Of a stretch of 64,000 bases of DNA, positions 10,388 to 20,399 are shown piece after piece (positions within the stretch are counted from its first letter, which is position 1; each line of letters opens with the position of its first letter). This stretch comes from Minisyncoccota bacterium (lineage in GTDB: Bacteria > Patescibacteriota > Minisyncoccia > Phycocordibacterales > UBA2135), in assembly GCA_040879685.1 (NCBI GenBank), contig JBBDJW010000012.1:14233-78232 (forward strand), given 5' to 3'. The notes under the pieces are model-generated. The model was not told the DNA's origin, did not search any database, and was given only the letters and a program-made list of their open reading frames with translations. The position numbers and the translations under genes are program-made.

Positions 10388-10471
10388 GACGCTTGATATG
10401 GTTGGGTTATGTAGTTTTTAATTATAGCCACAGAACTCTATGTAGCAAAGTTTTTAAAACGGGGAATAGTG

Positions 10472-10491
10472 TGTTGATAATTTGTGTATAA
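10472..10491. promoter_or_regulatory. DnaA boxes upstream of dnaA
   Basis: TGTTGATAA at 10472-10480 and TGTGTATAA at 10483-10491. Confidence 0.7.
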
Positions 10492-10586
10492 CTATCCTAG
10501 TAAAAATGATATTACTTTTCATTTTACCACAAAAAAATTTTTTAATTTTTGACAAAAAAAGTATTTTAGTGTAAATTACTATAATT

Positions 10587-10724
10587 ATGTCAAAAACATA
10601 CCAACCTAAAAAAGGAAAGAGAAAAAAGACCCACGGCTTTCTTGTCCGTCAAAGAACGTCTTCTGGGAAAAACACCATTCAAAAAAGAAGAAGAAAGGGG
10701 CGAGCAAAACTTACCACCGTCTAA
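10587..10724 (+). CDS. rpmH: 50S ribosomal protein L34 (not in the ORF track)
   Basis: Translated by hand: [45 protein letters not shown]. Divergent from dnaA. Confidence 0.95.
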   Translation: MSKTYQPKKGKRKKTHGFLVRQRTSSGKNTIQKRRRKGRAKLTTV

Positions 10725-10750
10725 AACATCCAAAAAAATCGGATGTTTTA
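10722..10750 (+). terminator. Hairpin after rpmH
   Basis: TAAAACATCC ... GGATGTTTTA. Confidence 0.55.
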
Positions 10751-10773
10751 GGTTTTTGGTGTAAACTATAAAT

Positions 10774-11121
10774 ATGTTGCCAAAAAAACATAAGGCGACC
10801 AGCGCACAAGTAGAGGCCCTTAAAAAAATACCACAAAAAAAAACACATCATTCACCCTCCTTTACTCTTCTTGTTTATAAAAAAAGAGACCAAAAAGAAG
10901 TCAGTACAATAACTTTTATTATTTCAAAAAAAATAGCCACCAAGGCGGTTTTGCGAAATAAATTAAAAAGAAGAGGGTATTCGGTGGCACAAGAATTGTT
11001 TTTCCGCATTCAAACAGGCTTTACATTGGTATTTTATTTTAAAAAAGAAAGTGTTCATAAAACACATAAAGAATTTTTCCTTGAAATACAAAAACTTTTA
11101 AAAGAAGCGCATGTTTTATAA
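10774..11121 (+). CDS. rnpA: Ribonuclease P protein component
   Basis: ISKKIATKAVLRNKLKRR (RNR motif); synteny. Confidence 0.92.
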   Translation: MLPKKHKATSAQVEALKKIPQKKTHHSPSFTLLVYKKRDQKEVSTITFIISKKIATKAVLRNKLKRRGYSVAQELFFRIQTGFTLVFYFKKESVHKTHKEFFLEIQKLLKEAHVL

Positions 11122-11359
11122 AAAAAACAGAACAATAAAAAGTCTTTTTGTTTTTTACAAAAAATTTCTCTCTCCAGACGAAGGGTTTTTCCGCTTTCTC
11201 TTTAACCAAACAACGCCGGTTTGTGTTTTCTATCCCACATGCTCAGAGTATGTAAAACAATCTATTGAGAAAAAAGGATTATTTCAAGGACTTTACACAG
11301 GACTAAAAAGGGTTCTTCGATGTCATCCTTGGCAGAAGAGGCACATTGATCTCCCTTAA
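11111..11359 (+). CDS. yidD: Membrane protein insertion efficiency factor YidD
   Basis: C.FYPTCSEY, RVLRCHPW. Confidence 0.92.
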   Translation: MFYKKNRTIKSLFVFYKKFLSPDEGFFRFLFNQTTPVCVFYPTCSEYVKQSIEKKGLFQGLYTGLKRVLRCHPWQKRHIDLP

Positions 11360-11368
11360 TATATTTCT

Positions 11369-12124
11369 ATGATTTCAAATATCTTTTTCACCACCCTTTA
11401 CCAACCAATCTACAATAGTTTGGTTTTTTTGGTGTCCTTTATGCCGTTTTATGACATTGGGCTTGCGGTTGTTCTCCTTACTTTAGTTGTTAAATTTATA
11501 CTCTTTCCTCTTGCACATAAAACAACAAAAACACAGGCCTCTATAAAAGTTTTTGAACCCGAAGTTCAAAGACTAAAAGAAGAATATAAAGAAGACAAGC
11601 AAGAGCAGTCGCGAAAGATTATGGAGTTGTATAAAAAACATGGAGTGAATCCATTTTCAGGTTGTCTCTTATTTCTTGTTCAATTCCCCATCATCATTGC
11701 TCTTTATTGGGTTTTTTGGAAGGGATTGGAGAATGGAATCAATACAGAACAACTTTATTCTTTTGTTATTGCTCCAGCAAAAATATCAACTGACTTTCTT
11801 GGCCTCATTGATATTTCCGGGAGAAGTTTTTTCCTTGCAGCACTTGCTGGCATTTCTCAGTATTTTCAAATTAAACTTTCAATGCCCTCCACTCTCCCCA
11901 AAAAAGAGGGAGCCCCCGCTTCTTTTAAAGAAGATTTTAAAAGAAGTTTCCAGCTTCAAATGCGCTACGGCCTTCCGGTTTTTGTTTTTTTTATTGCTTA
12001 CACCATATCGGCCGTCATAGCCCTCTATTGGCTAACCTCAAACCTTTTTTCTATTGTGCACGAACTTTTTGTAAAAAGAAAAGTTACACAACTTTTATCA
12101 AACAAAGAAGAAGGAGTGGTATAA
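11369..12124 (+). CDS. yidC: YidC/Oxa1 membrane insertase
   Basis: LYKKHGVNPFSGCL, Q.PI..ALY, LYWLTSN. Confidence 0.95.
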   Translation: MISNIFFTTLYQPIYNSLVFLVSFMPFYDIGLAVVLLTLVVKFILFPLAHKTTKTQASIKVFEPEVQRLKEEYKEDKQEQSRKIMELYKKHGVNPFSGCLLFLVQFPIIIALYWVFWKGLENGINTEQLYSFVIAPAKISTDFLGLIDISGRSFFLAALAGISQYFQIKLSMPSTLPKKEGAPASFKEDFKRSFQLQMRYGLPVFVFFIAYTISAVIALYWLTSNLFSIVHELFVKRKVTQLLSNKEEGVV

Positions 12125-12160
12125 TCTCTTACAATTTTTTAGCTTCTAGCTTGTTAGTTT

Positions 12161-12436
12161 ACTGAGAAACCTCACTTGGAAGCTAAGTTTCCAAGTGAGG
12201 TTTCTCAGTGATAAACGGAGACATATCACAAGTTACGAAAACGGATTTTTGGGATACCTACACCCCATAATGCGCTATAGCGTATTATGGGGTGTAGGTA
12301 CTTATGGTGATAAGCGATAAAATATTTCATACTATATATATTTCATACTATATACGTCCGAATACTTCCGAAGTGCAGAAGAGTTTGTAACTTTGTGAAA
12401 GTTACAAAATCCAACACGCCACCCGTCTGGCGTATT
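12161..12436. repeat. Cluster of palindromes and a tandem repeat between yidC and jag
   Basis: Inverted repeats at 12161-12209, 12255-12300, 12364-12374, 12384-12408 and 12413-12436; 16-bp tandem repeat at 12322-12353. Confidence 0.85.
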
Positions 12437-12658
12437 CAAAAAGGTCTAGGACAAAGCCCTTTTTTCTCATACTTGCCAACCATTAACCTACAATTTATAA
12501 CAAACCTTACTATTTTTGTTTTCTACCATCTTCTAAAACACCAATTTTAATAATTTATATACCTAATATTCTTAAAGTTACTCGGACCACTAATAAAACA
12601 TACCTTGGTTGCGTGAGGTCATTTTTTAGTGTAGGTTAGAAATACTTAAAGTGTGCGT

Positions 12659-13153
12659 ATGGAGATGGACTTTATTAAAAAAACAATAGAATCTCTTTTA
12701 AACAAGCTTGCCGCTGATGCAAAACTTGAGAGCGCTTTTCCTCTTCATGGTGGTGAGATTACTAAGTTCTCTATTAAAACAAACGAACCCTTTCTTTTAA
12801 TAGGCAGGGAAGGAAAAACATTGATGGCGATGAATCACCTTGTAAAGAAAATGTTTGAAAACGAAATAATCAACAAGGGATATAAACATATTAACTTTAT
12901 TATTGATGTCAACGACTATCAAGAAAAAAGAATTGAGGAAATAAAAAACAAAGCAAACATTATTGCTGAACGGGCTCGTTTTTTTAAAAACAACGTAGAA
13001 ATGTCGCCAATGAATCCTTATGAGCGGATGATTGCACATTCTATTTTTACCAACACCCCTGATATAGAAACAGAATCTGTTGGTAGAGGGAGAGAGCGGC
13101 GGGTTGTGGTAAAGTACATAGATACAACCTCTTCACCAGAAACGGTGTTGTAA
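12659..13153 (+). CDS. jag: Jag/EloR-like KH-R3H RNA-binding protein (no Jag N-domain)
   Basis: LLIGREGKTL (KH), PMNPYERMIAH (R3H), TESVG.G.ERRVVV; yidC synteny. Start uncertain. Confidence 0.85.
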   Translation: MEMDFIKKTIESLLNKLAADAKLESAFPLHGGEITKFSIKTNEPFLLIGREGKTLMAMNHLVKKMFENEIINKGYKHINFIIDVNDYQEKRIEEIKNKANIIAERARFFKNNVEMSPMNPYERMIAHSIFTNTPDIETESVGRGRERRVVVKYIDTTSSPETVL

Positions 13154-13201
13154 AATCACATCTCTTTTACTTTTTTATCTTTTTACTAATCAACAAATCA
13201 T

Positions 13202-14446
13202 CTATTCCAACTTCAGTCGCCATAGGGTACCGTCTTTTTTATTTTGAAACAACAAAAAGCGTTCCTCCACATCAAGCTCTAGATTAATTACATCAAAAGA
13301 ATTGTTTAATGACTCTTGTGTTACTTGGGAAACAGAACCTCTTTCTACATCAAGTTGCCATATCTCATCACTAAAGGAGACTACCCCCCTATACCAATCA
13401 TCAGGATATAATGCCTTCTCTGGCGCTTGCGGCACCGCACAAAATGCCCTCTGAGGGCTTACCCTGCTCCACACACACTTCTCCGGTAGTGTGGCAAGGG
13501 GGAAAACTAGACTGTTTCCGCTCTCTCTATTATAGGAGATGATTCTAGAGAGGGTTTGCCCACGCATCTCTCCATAGAGGATGTTTCGCCCATCAAAAGA
13601 GGGTTGTGTGGTAAGCCCGGGAATGTTGTTTAAAAGAGGCACGATTCGTTCATTTGATAGGGTGAGAAGAATGCTCTGCCCCAAAACACCATTTGATGGT
13701 TTTGTGGTAAGAATAATTTGATTTTCTGTAGGCCAACCAACCAACCACTCTTTAAATGGGTGAGCAAAAACCTGCTCCTTGTCTCCGTTCTTTATATTTA
13801 AAATTGTACCAATCACAATATCACCAAAAGATCTAAGAGAGAACACCTTATCTCGCTCTGGTGAAAGAGTAAGAGCCTCTATATTCTCTTCCAAAAATTC
13901 TCCCTCCAAGCTTCCCACACCACTCTCCCCCCCCACAATGTTTCCCATAAATGTTTTTATAACTTCGCCGTCTAAATATTGGACGAGAAGTCTCTTCTCG
14001 TCATCACTCCACAACACTCTCTTTAGCGCCAGAAGGGTAGTGTTGGTAAGACGAACCTTTTCTAAGGTTTCTGGGTTTACCTCAAAAATATTGCCTGTTG
14101 TTTGTTCAACATACCTCACAGTCAAATGTTCCTTCTCGTCTTCACCAATGCGGTGAAACGATGCCCCCACCACCGGTGTACTTGAAAGCTGGAGCAGAGC
14201 ATTTCCCTCTCCTGCCTGCCCCGCAAGGGGTCCATCTTCTAACCCGTCTCCGTCTTGAGAGGGATCGCTTTGTGGAGGTCTTCGCACAGGCTCATCTGCG
14301 CCACCTCCTCCAAATGGAATAAAGTCGCGCAAGACTTCAACGGGCGTTTTGTCCTCTCGCGGGGCGATAATAAAGGCGGCAACAAAAATCCCTATTGCTA
14401 TGAGTGTTAAAATACCTATTATAATAAATGAAATTTTACGGGGCAT
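13202..14446 (-). CDS. Membrane-anchored beta-propeller-like (TolB-like) hypothetical protein
   Basis: N-terminal TM helix, low-complexity linker, repeated WS.D/LSP.../SFDG blade motifs. Confidence 0.6.
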   Translation of the reverse strand: MPRKISFIIIGILTLIAIGIFVAAFIIAPREDKTPVEVLRDFIPFGGGGADEPVRRPPQSDPSQDGDGLEDGPLAGQAGEGNALLQLSSTPVVGASFHRIGEDEKEHLTVRYVEQTTGNIFEVNPETLEKVRLTNTTLLALKRVLWSDDEKRLLVQYLDGEVIKTFMGNIVGGESGVGSLEGEFLEENIEALTLSPERDKVFSLRSFGDIVIGTILNIKNGDKEQVFAHPFKEWLVGWPTENQIILTTKPSNGVLGQSILLTLSNERIVPLLNNIPGLTTQPSFDGRNILYGEMRGQTLSRIISYNRESGNSLVFPLATLPEKCVWSRVSPQRAFCAVPQAPEKALYPDDWYRGVVSFSDEIWQLDVERGSVSQVTQESLNNSFDVINLELDVEERFLLFQNKKDGTLWRLKLE

Positions 14447-14452
14447 ATGAAT

Positions 14453-15190
14453 TTAATATAATTTGTCTATCTCTGCTTTATCAGCACACGTCGAAGCCCT
14501 ATCTGTGTCTTCCGCGGCTGCGATGCATTTATCAAGATCATTTCCAAAACAAAATAAAGAACCTGACCCTGTTTTTTTATAACAAAAATTAATATCAAGA
14601 ACACCTTGGTCTGTGATATTTTTACAAGTAAAGGTGGGCTCGTTGGTTGCGTTGTTTGCAACGTCTGCCACTCCTAGACATTCTTGCGCTGTTTGGTAAC
14701 AGTTTTGGTTAGTGGGGGTTTCTCCAATAGTGATTAAACAATATTTTTTATCAGAAGGAATATCAATGCTCCCAACATCATCAGGTGTCTCTATCGCGGG
14801 GACAGTTATTTTAAACACATCAATATTAAACTTAAGCAATTCGGGGTTAATTGTTTGCAAGATAAGCACCGATGAGCTTATAAGCACAAGGCCGATAACC
14901 GCGGACCATATTCGTTTTAGTGCGGCACTTTTATCGGTAATCGCTTCACTTAACATATATTGCATACCGCCCACAACAACCATAACAACCGCTAAAACAA
15001 TAGTTACACCAATAAGAAGTTTAAAAAGCTGTGTCAAATAACCCCCTAACCCAACCTCCCTTAGATCAATCTCATCTAGTGGAGCAAGGGGGGTATAGTC
15101 AATTGCGAAAACAGGAAGTGCAACGAAAAAGAAAAGAGCACATGAGAGTGAAAAAAAGGAAACAAAGTGTTTTTTTATAAAGGCAATCAT
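14453..15190 (-). CDS. TrbC/VirB2-like pilin with Cys-rich C-terminal extension
   Basis: Signal peptide, two hydrophobic helices (GGMQYM...A..RI..A..GL...IL.TINP.L), then a Cys-rich tail. Confidence 0.65.
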   Translation of the reverse strand: MIAFIKKHFVSFFSLSCALFFFVALPVFAIDYTPLAPLDEIDLREVGLGGYLTQLFKLLIGVTIVLAVVMVVVGGMQYMLSEAITDKSAALKRIWSAVIGLVLISSSVLILQTINPELLKFNIDVFKITVPAIETPDDVGSIDIPSDKKYCLITIGETPTNQNCYQTAQECLGVADVANNATNEPTFTCKNITDQGVLDINFCYKKTGSGSLFCFGNDLDKCIAAAEDTDRASTCADKAEIDKLY

Positions 15191-15191
15191 A

Positions 15192-16226
15192 TTAATTTCC
15201 TAAGCGAGAGGCCTCTCCAAATGTTATAGATAAAAAACGACGCACTTCTTGAAGGAAGTTATTTCTATTTGTAATTTTAAGTCCAATACGAGAACGGCCA
15301 GCCTCCTCCGGTTTTCTAAGGGTGATTTCTTGCCCTAAAGCACCTGTAATTTCTTTTCCATTGAGCAACCATGTAAATACTAAATTACTACCCACATCTT
15401 CTTGTGAAAAAAAATATGGTTCAGCGTGGAGTGTGATTTCATCAGGGAAAAAAGAATATTCTCCGCCAAGTGCTCTTTCAGAAAGGACTCCTCGTAAAGG
15501 GTGTTTTTCATAAAAGAAAATTTCCGGCTCTTGAGGAGAAAGAGTTAGAGAGGCTTCTCCACGGAGAGACCCTCCAAAAGAAGAGATGGCAACAGAGAGA
15601 TCCATTTCTTGAAACAGCGAAGGACCTGTTATGGTGAGCGTTTGTTTTCCAAACCCAGAAAGGCTTCCCAACACTCTTCCGTTACGAGACCATGTATACA
15701 CGAGCCCTTGTGGATTTAAAAACGAAACACCGTCCACACTAAACCACGGTAGTGCAGTAACAACAATTTTATTATCTGTTGTTAAAAGTGCCTTTCCTTT
15801 ATAAAAGGCAGGAGTATAGGTGTTGCTCTCCCATAAAAGAGAGACAAGTGTTGGAGTAAAACGAATTTCTTCGTTTAGTACAACACCTTCCGGCGTTGTC
15901 GCAGTAACTGAAACGCGGGTTTCTTCACCGACCTCACCCACTTTTATAGTGATTTTCTTTACCCCAACTCCTGATGTAAAAAGAGTGCCATTAACGAACC
16001 AGCGAAGCGTTGCTCTGTTAAGGTCCACACTAAAGCTCTCCACATTTATAAACACCTCTTCTTGAGGGGCAGGTACTTGTGGGAAGAATTTTATAATAAA
16101 GTTTTGTTGAGGAATTTGGGCGAAAAGAGAGTGAGATGAAAAAAGAAAACCAAAAAAGAAACCACAAAGCAATGACAGGGTTGCTGAAAGGATGCGTTTA
16201 TTTCTTTTACTATAGAGAAGGGGCAT
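15192..16226 (-). CDS. Secreted protein with Ig/PKD-like domains
   Basis: Signal peptide; repeated W..NG motifs (RWFVNG, YTWSRNG, FTWLLNG). Confidence 0.55.
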   Translation of the reverse strand: MPLLYSKRNKRILSATLSLLCGFFFGFLFSSHSLFAQIPQQNFIIKFFPQVPAPQEEVFINVESFSVDLNRATLRWFVNGTLFTSGVGVKKITIKVGEVGEETRVSVTATTPEGVVLNEEIRFTPTLVSLLWESNTYTPAFYKGKALLTTDNKIVVTALPWFSVDGVSFLNPQGLVYTWSRNGRVLGSLSGFGKQTLTITGPSLFQEMDLSVAISSFGGSLRGEASLTLSPQEPEIFFYEKHPLRGVLSERALGGEYSFFPDEITLHAEPYFFSQEDVGSNLVFTWLLNGKEITGALGQEITLRKPEEAGRSRIGLKITNRNNFLQEVRRFLSITFGEASRLGN

Positions 16227-16243
16227 AATTACAGCTTATCACA

Positions 16244-18061
16244 CTACTCATTTGTTTGTTTGTGTTCCTGGCGCGTTTTTTTAAGTGATAAAATCTCGGA
16301 GGGGTCGGAGGTAATAATTTGGTCTTCCGTATACGAGGCAATAATTTTTATTGCAACATGTTTAAGTCCGGCAAAAAAGATTCCCTCTCCCACATCGGAT
16401 TCAAGAAGAAGATATTTTTCTTCATCTGTTAAATTGAAGGTTTTCTGAACTGTATCAACCGTTGTGGGAGATTGTTTAAGAAGAAGCTGTATTGAAGAGT
16501 TGTTTATAATAGGTTCGCCATATTCTGATTTCAGGAAGTCACCAACATCCTGTGTGATCGTGGCGAGGCCAAGATAGTATTTTCGTCCTCGCTTAGCAAG
16601 GCTATAGAGGAACGAAGCAGTGTCTTTTTGTTTCATCATCCACCATGCCTCATCAATTACCAAAAGCCTTTTCTTGAGTTCTTGGCGGATTGTGTTCCAG
16701 ATAAAGTGCATTACAATATACATTGCCACCGGCTTCAACTCGTCCTCCATATCACGAACAGAGAAGACCACAAATCGTTTATTAATATCAACATTGGTTG
16801 GTCGGTTTAAAAAGCCCTCCCAAGTACCTTTTGTGTATTTAATAAGCCTTGCGGAGAGTGATCCTGCTCCATCCATTCCCGCAAGAACCAGTTCAAAATC
16901 AGAAAGAAGAGGTGCTTCAATTTTTGAAAAATCAGACTCGGGGGTAATGTCTTTAAGTGCGTATGTTTCCGTAATAGCGCGGTCAATAACAGAGTCTTCC
17001 TCAGGACTAAGCCCTCCAAGCATAATTCGGAAAAGTCCAACAAGACTTACAATATTTGAACGGAGAACATCAGCAGGAGACTCATCTTCACGTACAGGAG
17101 GGAGGTCAAAAGGGTTAATATGATGCTCCGACGTGAGGGAGACATTGAAATATCTCCCCCCCGTTGCTTCGGCCAAGTATTCATATTCTTTTTCAGGGTC
17201 AATTACCAAGACATCTATGTCAAACATCAAGGAGCGAAGAATTTCTAATTTTGTTGCGTACGACTTACCAGACCCTGATGTTGCAAACATCAGAGAGTTA
17301 TAGTTGGGCATTGAAAAACGGTCAAAGAGCACCAAGCTTGTGTTGTGTCTGTTTACACCGTAAAGAATTCCTCTATCTGAAGTGAGATCAAAGGAGACAA
17401 AAGGGAAAAAACTTGAAAGTGGTGAGGAGTTTAGTTTTGAATGAATCGAGAGTGAATCATGCCCCACCGGCAACACACTGGTGAACCCTTCTTCTTGTTG
17501 AAAGAGGGCGGGACGCAGGTAGATAAGCTTTGTCTCAAGAAGTGATTTAATTTCTTGTTCAAGCTTATCAAGTGCTCGCTCATCATCTGCATAAATAGTG
17601 ATATAGAGCCCAACGTTGAAAAGTTTTTCCTGCGCTTGTTGGAGTTTATCGCGAAGCGACTCAAGATCTTGATACGCGATATCAAGCACAGGGTCTCTCA
17701 CCAACCCTTTTTCTTCGCGGATAGAAATTTGACTTTGCACTTCAGCAACTTTTTTTTGAAAATCCCGTAGCGCGCGAGAAGTGTCTATTGGGTGGATGAA
17801 CAGCGAGATATCAAAGACCTTGTCTAAGTTAATTATAGGAGAGAGCCAGTTATCATTAAGATACCGTGGGTATGAAATTGCAAAGAAGGTTCGGGCAGTT
17901 TTATCTCCCAAATGCAGTTCCTTGGGGCTTATTTTAAGGGCGGCCGGAGCAATAATATCTCTCAACTCTAATACCCCCGCCTCATAGATGTCTTGCGGTA
18001 AAATCGGAGAAATCTCTGCCGTATCTTTTTTTCTTCCTAGTAATGTGTCTAATAATCCCAT
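16244..18061 (-). CDS. VirB4-like ATPase (T4SS)
   Basis: Walker A ATSGSGKS, IDPEKEY, Walker B VIDEAW, RGRKY, ITQD. Confidence 0.9.
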   Translation of the reverse strand: MGLLDTLLGRKKDTAEISPILPQDIYEAGVLELRDIIAPAALKISPKELHLGDKTARTFFAISYPRYLNDNWLSPIINLDKVFDISLFIHPIDTSRALRDFQKKVAEVQSQISIREEKGLVRDPVLDIAYQDLESLRDKLQQAQEKLFNVGLYITIYADDERALDKLEQEIKSLLETKLIYLRPALFQQEEGFTSVLPVGHDSLSIHSKLNSSPLSSFFPFVSFDLTSDRGILYGVNRHNTSLVLFDRFSMPNYNSLMFATSGSGKSYATKLEILRSLMFDIDVLVIDPEKEYEYLAEATGGRYFNVSLTSEHHINPFDLPPVREDESPADVLRSNIVSLVGLFRIMLGGLSPEEDSVIDRAITETYALKDITPESDFSKIEAPLLSDFELVLAGMDGAGSLSARLIKYTKGTWEGFLNRPTNVDINKRFVVFSVRDMEDELKPVAMYIVMHFIWNTIRQELKKRLLVIDEAWWMMKQKDTASFLYSLAKRGRKYYLGLATITQDVGDFLKSEYGEPIINNSSIQLLLKQSPTTVDTVQKTFNLTDEEKYLLLESDVGEGIFFAGLKHVAIKIIASYTEDQIITSDPSEILSLKKTRQEHKQTNE

Positions 18062-18067
18062 AATTTT

Positions 18068-18715
18068 TTATTGCTCTTTACCCCTTTCTCGTTCCATAGG
18101 AATTGGCTTCTCAAGCTCTCCTGGGTTAAAAATACGGTAATAAAGCTCAACCAACTCTTCTGTATGAAGTGGGGCTACACGAAGCCCTGTACTTGCAAGC
18201 CCCTGCTCAACCACCCCTGCCCGTTGTTCAAGTTGCGTTCGTGCCTCCTCAAATCGTTCTTGTTCATTTTTAACATCCACCTTCTTTTTTGCTGGTAAGA
18301 ATTTAGTAAAAAAACCTCCTTGGGTATTAAGTGTTGCCCGTTGATAGGGGACAACAATAAAAAAAGTTTTTTTCATAATATTTACGCTTTCGGTAAATTT
18401 TTTCACAAAATTTATATATTCAGTTACCTGTATTTTCATCAAATCAGAGGATTGATCCTTTCTCCTCTCCTCTAAAAGGGCAATGTAGGGTCGTATATCC
18501 AACTCTCGTGATTGAGTAAAAATTTGTAACGAGAAATCTAAGGAGTTCAGAAAGCTTTGAAACTGTTGCAGAATAGCTCGCTGTTCCTCTTCTGATTTCA
18601 GCGCAAGATTGTGTGATGAGGTCATCAAAACCATTCTTAAAGAGCCGTCCTTGAGAATGACGACGCCATTTTTTATTTCTTTTATGGGAACGAAATTTTG
18701 TGCTGGTTCAGCCAT
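18068..18715 (-). CDS. TraC/VirB4 N-terminal-like protein
   Basis: N.ALKSEEEQ.AI...F..FLNSL.F..QI motif; lies between prgI-like and virB4-like genes. Confidence 0.7.
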   Translation of the reverse strand: MAEPAQNFVPIKEIKNGVVILKDGSLRMVLMTSSHNLALKSEEEQRAILQQFQSFLNSLDFSLQIFTQSRELDIRPYIALLEERRKDQSSDLMKIQVTEYINFVKKFTESVNIMKKTFFIVVPYQRATLNTQGGFFTKFLPAKKKVDVKNEQERFEEARTQLEQRAGVVEQGLASTGLRVAPLHTEELVELYYRIFNPGELEKPIPMERERGKEQ

Positions 18716-18781
18716 AGGTTGGTGAATAGTTAGTATCTTAGTGGGTAGGTTTGTTCGCAAATTGGTGTGTTATATATGGTA

Positions 18782-19210
18782 TTACGAGGAGTGCCTTGCT
18801 TCATTGCTTTGTGCGTAGATACTGTCATGGACATCAAGACTCCATGAAATATCTTTAAGCTTGCTATCGGAGAGTCTGGGAACAAAAAGCGAAGAAGCCA
18901 CCTGCTTTTCTTGTTTAGGGGTAATTTTTTTATCTTGCCTCTTCCAGATATAAAGTTTTCCAGTCATGAGAAAACGAAAGAAGGACTCTAAAAGAGCGAT
19001 AAAGGGGCGATTATTTACTTTATAAAAAGCAAGTGCAAGTGCGAGCGCTCCAACGGGAGCGATAACCAAAATCGCAATAAAGAGGGGTAAAAGAGAATAA
19101 GCAAGAAATGCCATTGCCGCCCCACCGGCAAGATAAATAAATTGCTTGAAGGTGAAGGGACCAAAAATTTTATTTTCTACTTCTATAAATTGTGGTACTT
19201 GAAAACGCAT
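18782..19210 (-). CDS. PrgI family membrane protein (VirB3-like)
   Basis: MRFQVPQFIEVENKIFGPFTFKQF followed by two TM helices. Confidence 0.85.
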   Translation of the reverse strand: MRFQVPQFIEVENKIFGPFTFKQFIYLAGGAAMAFLAYSLLPLFIAILVIAPVGALALALAFYKVNNRPFIALLESFFRFLMTGKLYIWKRQDKKITPKQEKQVASSLFVPRLSDSKLKDISWSLDVHDSIYAQSNEARHSS

Positions 19211-19422
19211 ACTGTTTATGTGGCTTGTGGTAGATAACTTTTTGCACAAGCACCTTATTTTGATTTTCTTACTATCCTCCGACCCCCTTTCTTTTTTCGG
19301 TGCAGTTCCTCAATCTAGTTAAGTATAACAGATAAACTCAACCTTCTTAACTGTGATAGTGTCCCCAACCACTCTTTTTATGGCTTTGTGACATATGTTT
19401 TGATTGAAGGATTCCTCTACAA

Positions 19423-20382
19423 CTATTCAATGGGTTCTCTGTATGGATCTGCCGCGTACTCTTTCTTATCAGGCTTCTTTTCTTGAGATACTTGTCCCTC
19501 CTCATCTGCGTGCTCTGAGGGTGCCTTCTTTGGTTGTGGTGTTGGTGCACGAGGAGTCTCTTCTTTTTGAGTTTGTGGAGGTGCTTCTTCTTTGCTCTCC
19601 TGCGGGGTATCTGTTTGTTTTTCTTCTCTTGCCGATGGAGCTTGTAACCCTCGTCCTTCTTTTTTTATAGGAAGGTTTAGAGGAGGTTTTTCTTTGTTTA
19701 TTTTCACGAGGACTTTCTTTTGGGACTCTATGTCCTGGACCTCTTTTTCTTCTTCTCCCACATTGCTTTGTATTTTTATATCACGAAGCCTGTCGGGTAT
19801 GATGACATTCTCTTCCCCCTCAAACGAGCCCTCCTCTCCTCGCGGGTCCAAGGGCTCGTTCTTTTTGGGAGTGACAACAAGCGGTTCGGGCGCTTTGTTT
19901 TCAAGGCCGGATTTTTCTTTTTCCAGTTCGGGCTCTACGCGCTCTTCCATCCCTTTTTTTATTTCATGTTTAACGGGAATTTTTCTTTTTGGGAGAGGAA
20001 CTTGATAGGCATCTTCACTCTCCCTTTCAGAGGGAAGCGGCTGGTTTTCCCTCCTTTCTTTTTTTAGGGAGTGAATCTCTTTCAATGATTCACGAATAGG
20101 GTGAAAAACTTCTTTATTAACATCTTCCGCAATTGCACGCGCCTTTTCCCTCTCAACGCCTATTCGCTTGGCAAGATTACTAATAAATTCATTGGGGTGT
20201 GTAAGGCCAAGTATTACAAAAGTTGTTTCATCCACTAATCCACCCAAGGCATCTACATGAAGATTGTGTCTTTTTCCTATTTTTTCAAGCGCATCAAATA
20301 CCTCTGTTGAAGCAGCAGCAGTTTGTATGTCTTGAGGTAGTTTTTTTATAAATTCTTTTATTGTTGCAGAGTTTTTGTCCAT
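19423..20382 (-). CDS. Hypothetical protein with helical N-domain and disordered C-tail ending DPYREPIE
   Basis: Long ORF within the operon; E/K/P-rich tail. Confidence 0.7.
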   Translation of the reverse strand: MDKNSATIKEFIKKLPQDIQTAAASTEVFDALEKIGKRHNLHVDALGGLVDETTFVILGLTHPNEFISNLAKRIGVEREKARAIAEDVNKEVFHPIRESLKEIHSLKKERRENQPLPSERESEDAYQVPLPKRKIPVKHEIKKGMEERVEPELEKEKSGLENKAPEPLVVTPKKNEPLDPRGEEGSFEGEENVIIPDRLRDIKIQSNVGEEEKEVQDIESQKKVLVKINKEKPPLNLPIKKEGRGLQAPSAREEKQTDTPQESKEEAPPQTQKEETPRAPTPQPKKAPSEHADEEGQVSQEKKPDKKEYAADPYREPIE

Positions 20383-20399
20383 AGTCTCATTGGTGTGTT

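Noticed and set aside
12161-12436. Possible CRISPR array
   Set aside because: The palindromes differ from one another, there is no constant repeat-spacer period, and no cas genes are present.
14211-14230. REP-like CCTGCCTGCC motif inside a coding linker (and ACGGGGCAAG in tig)
   Set aside because: Too short to distinguish from chance without genome-wide counts.
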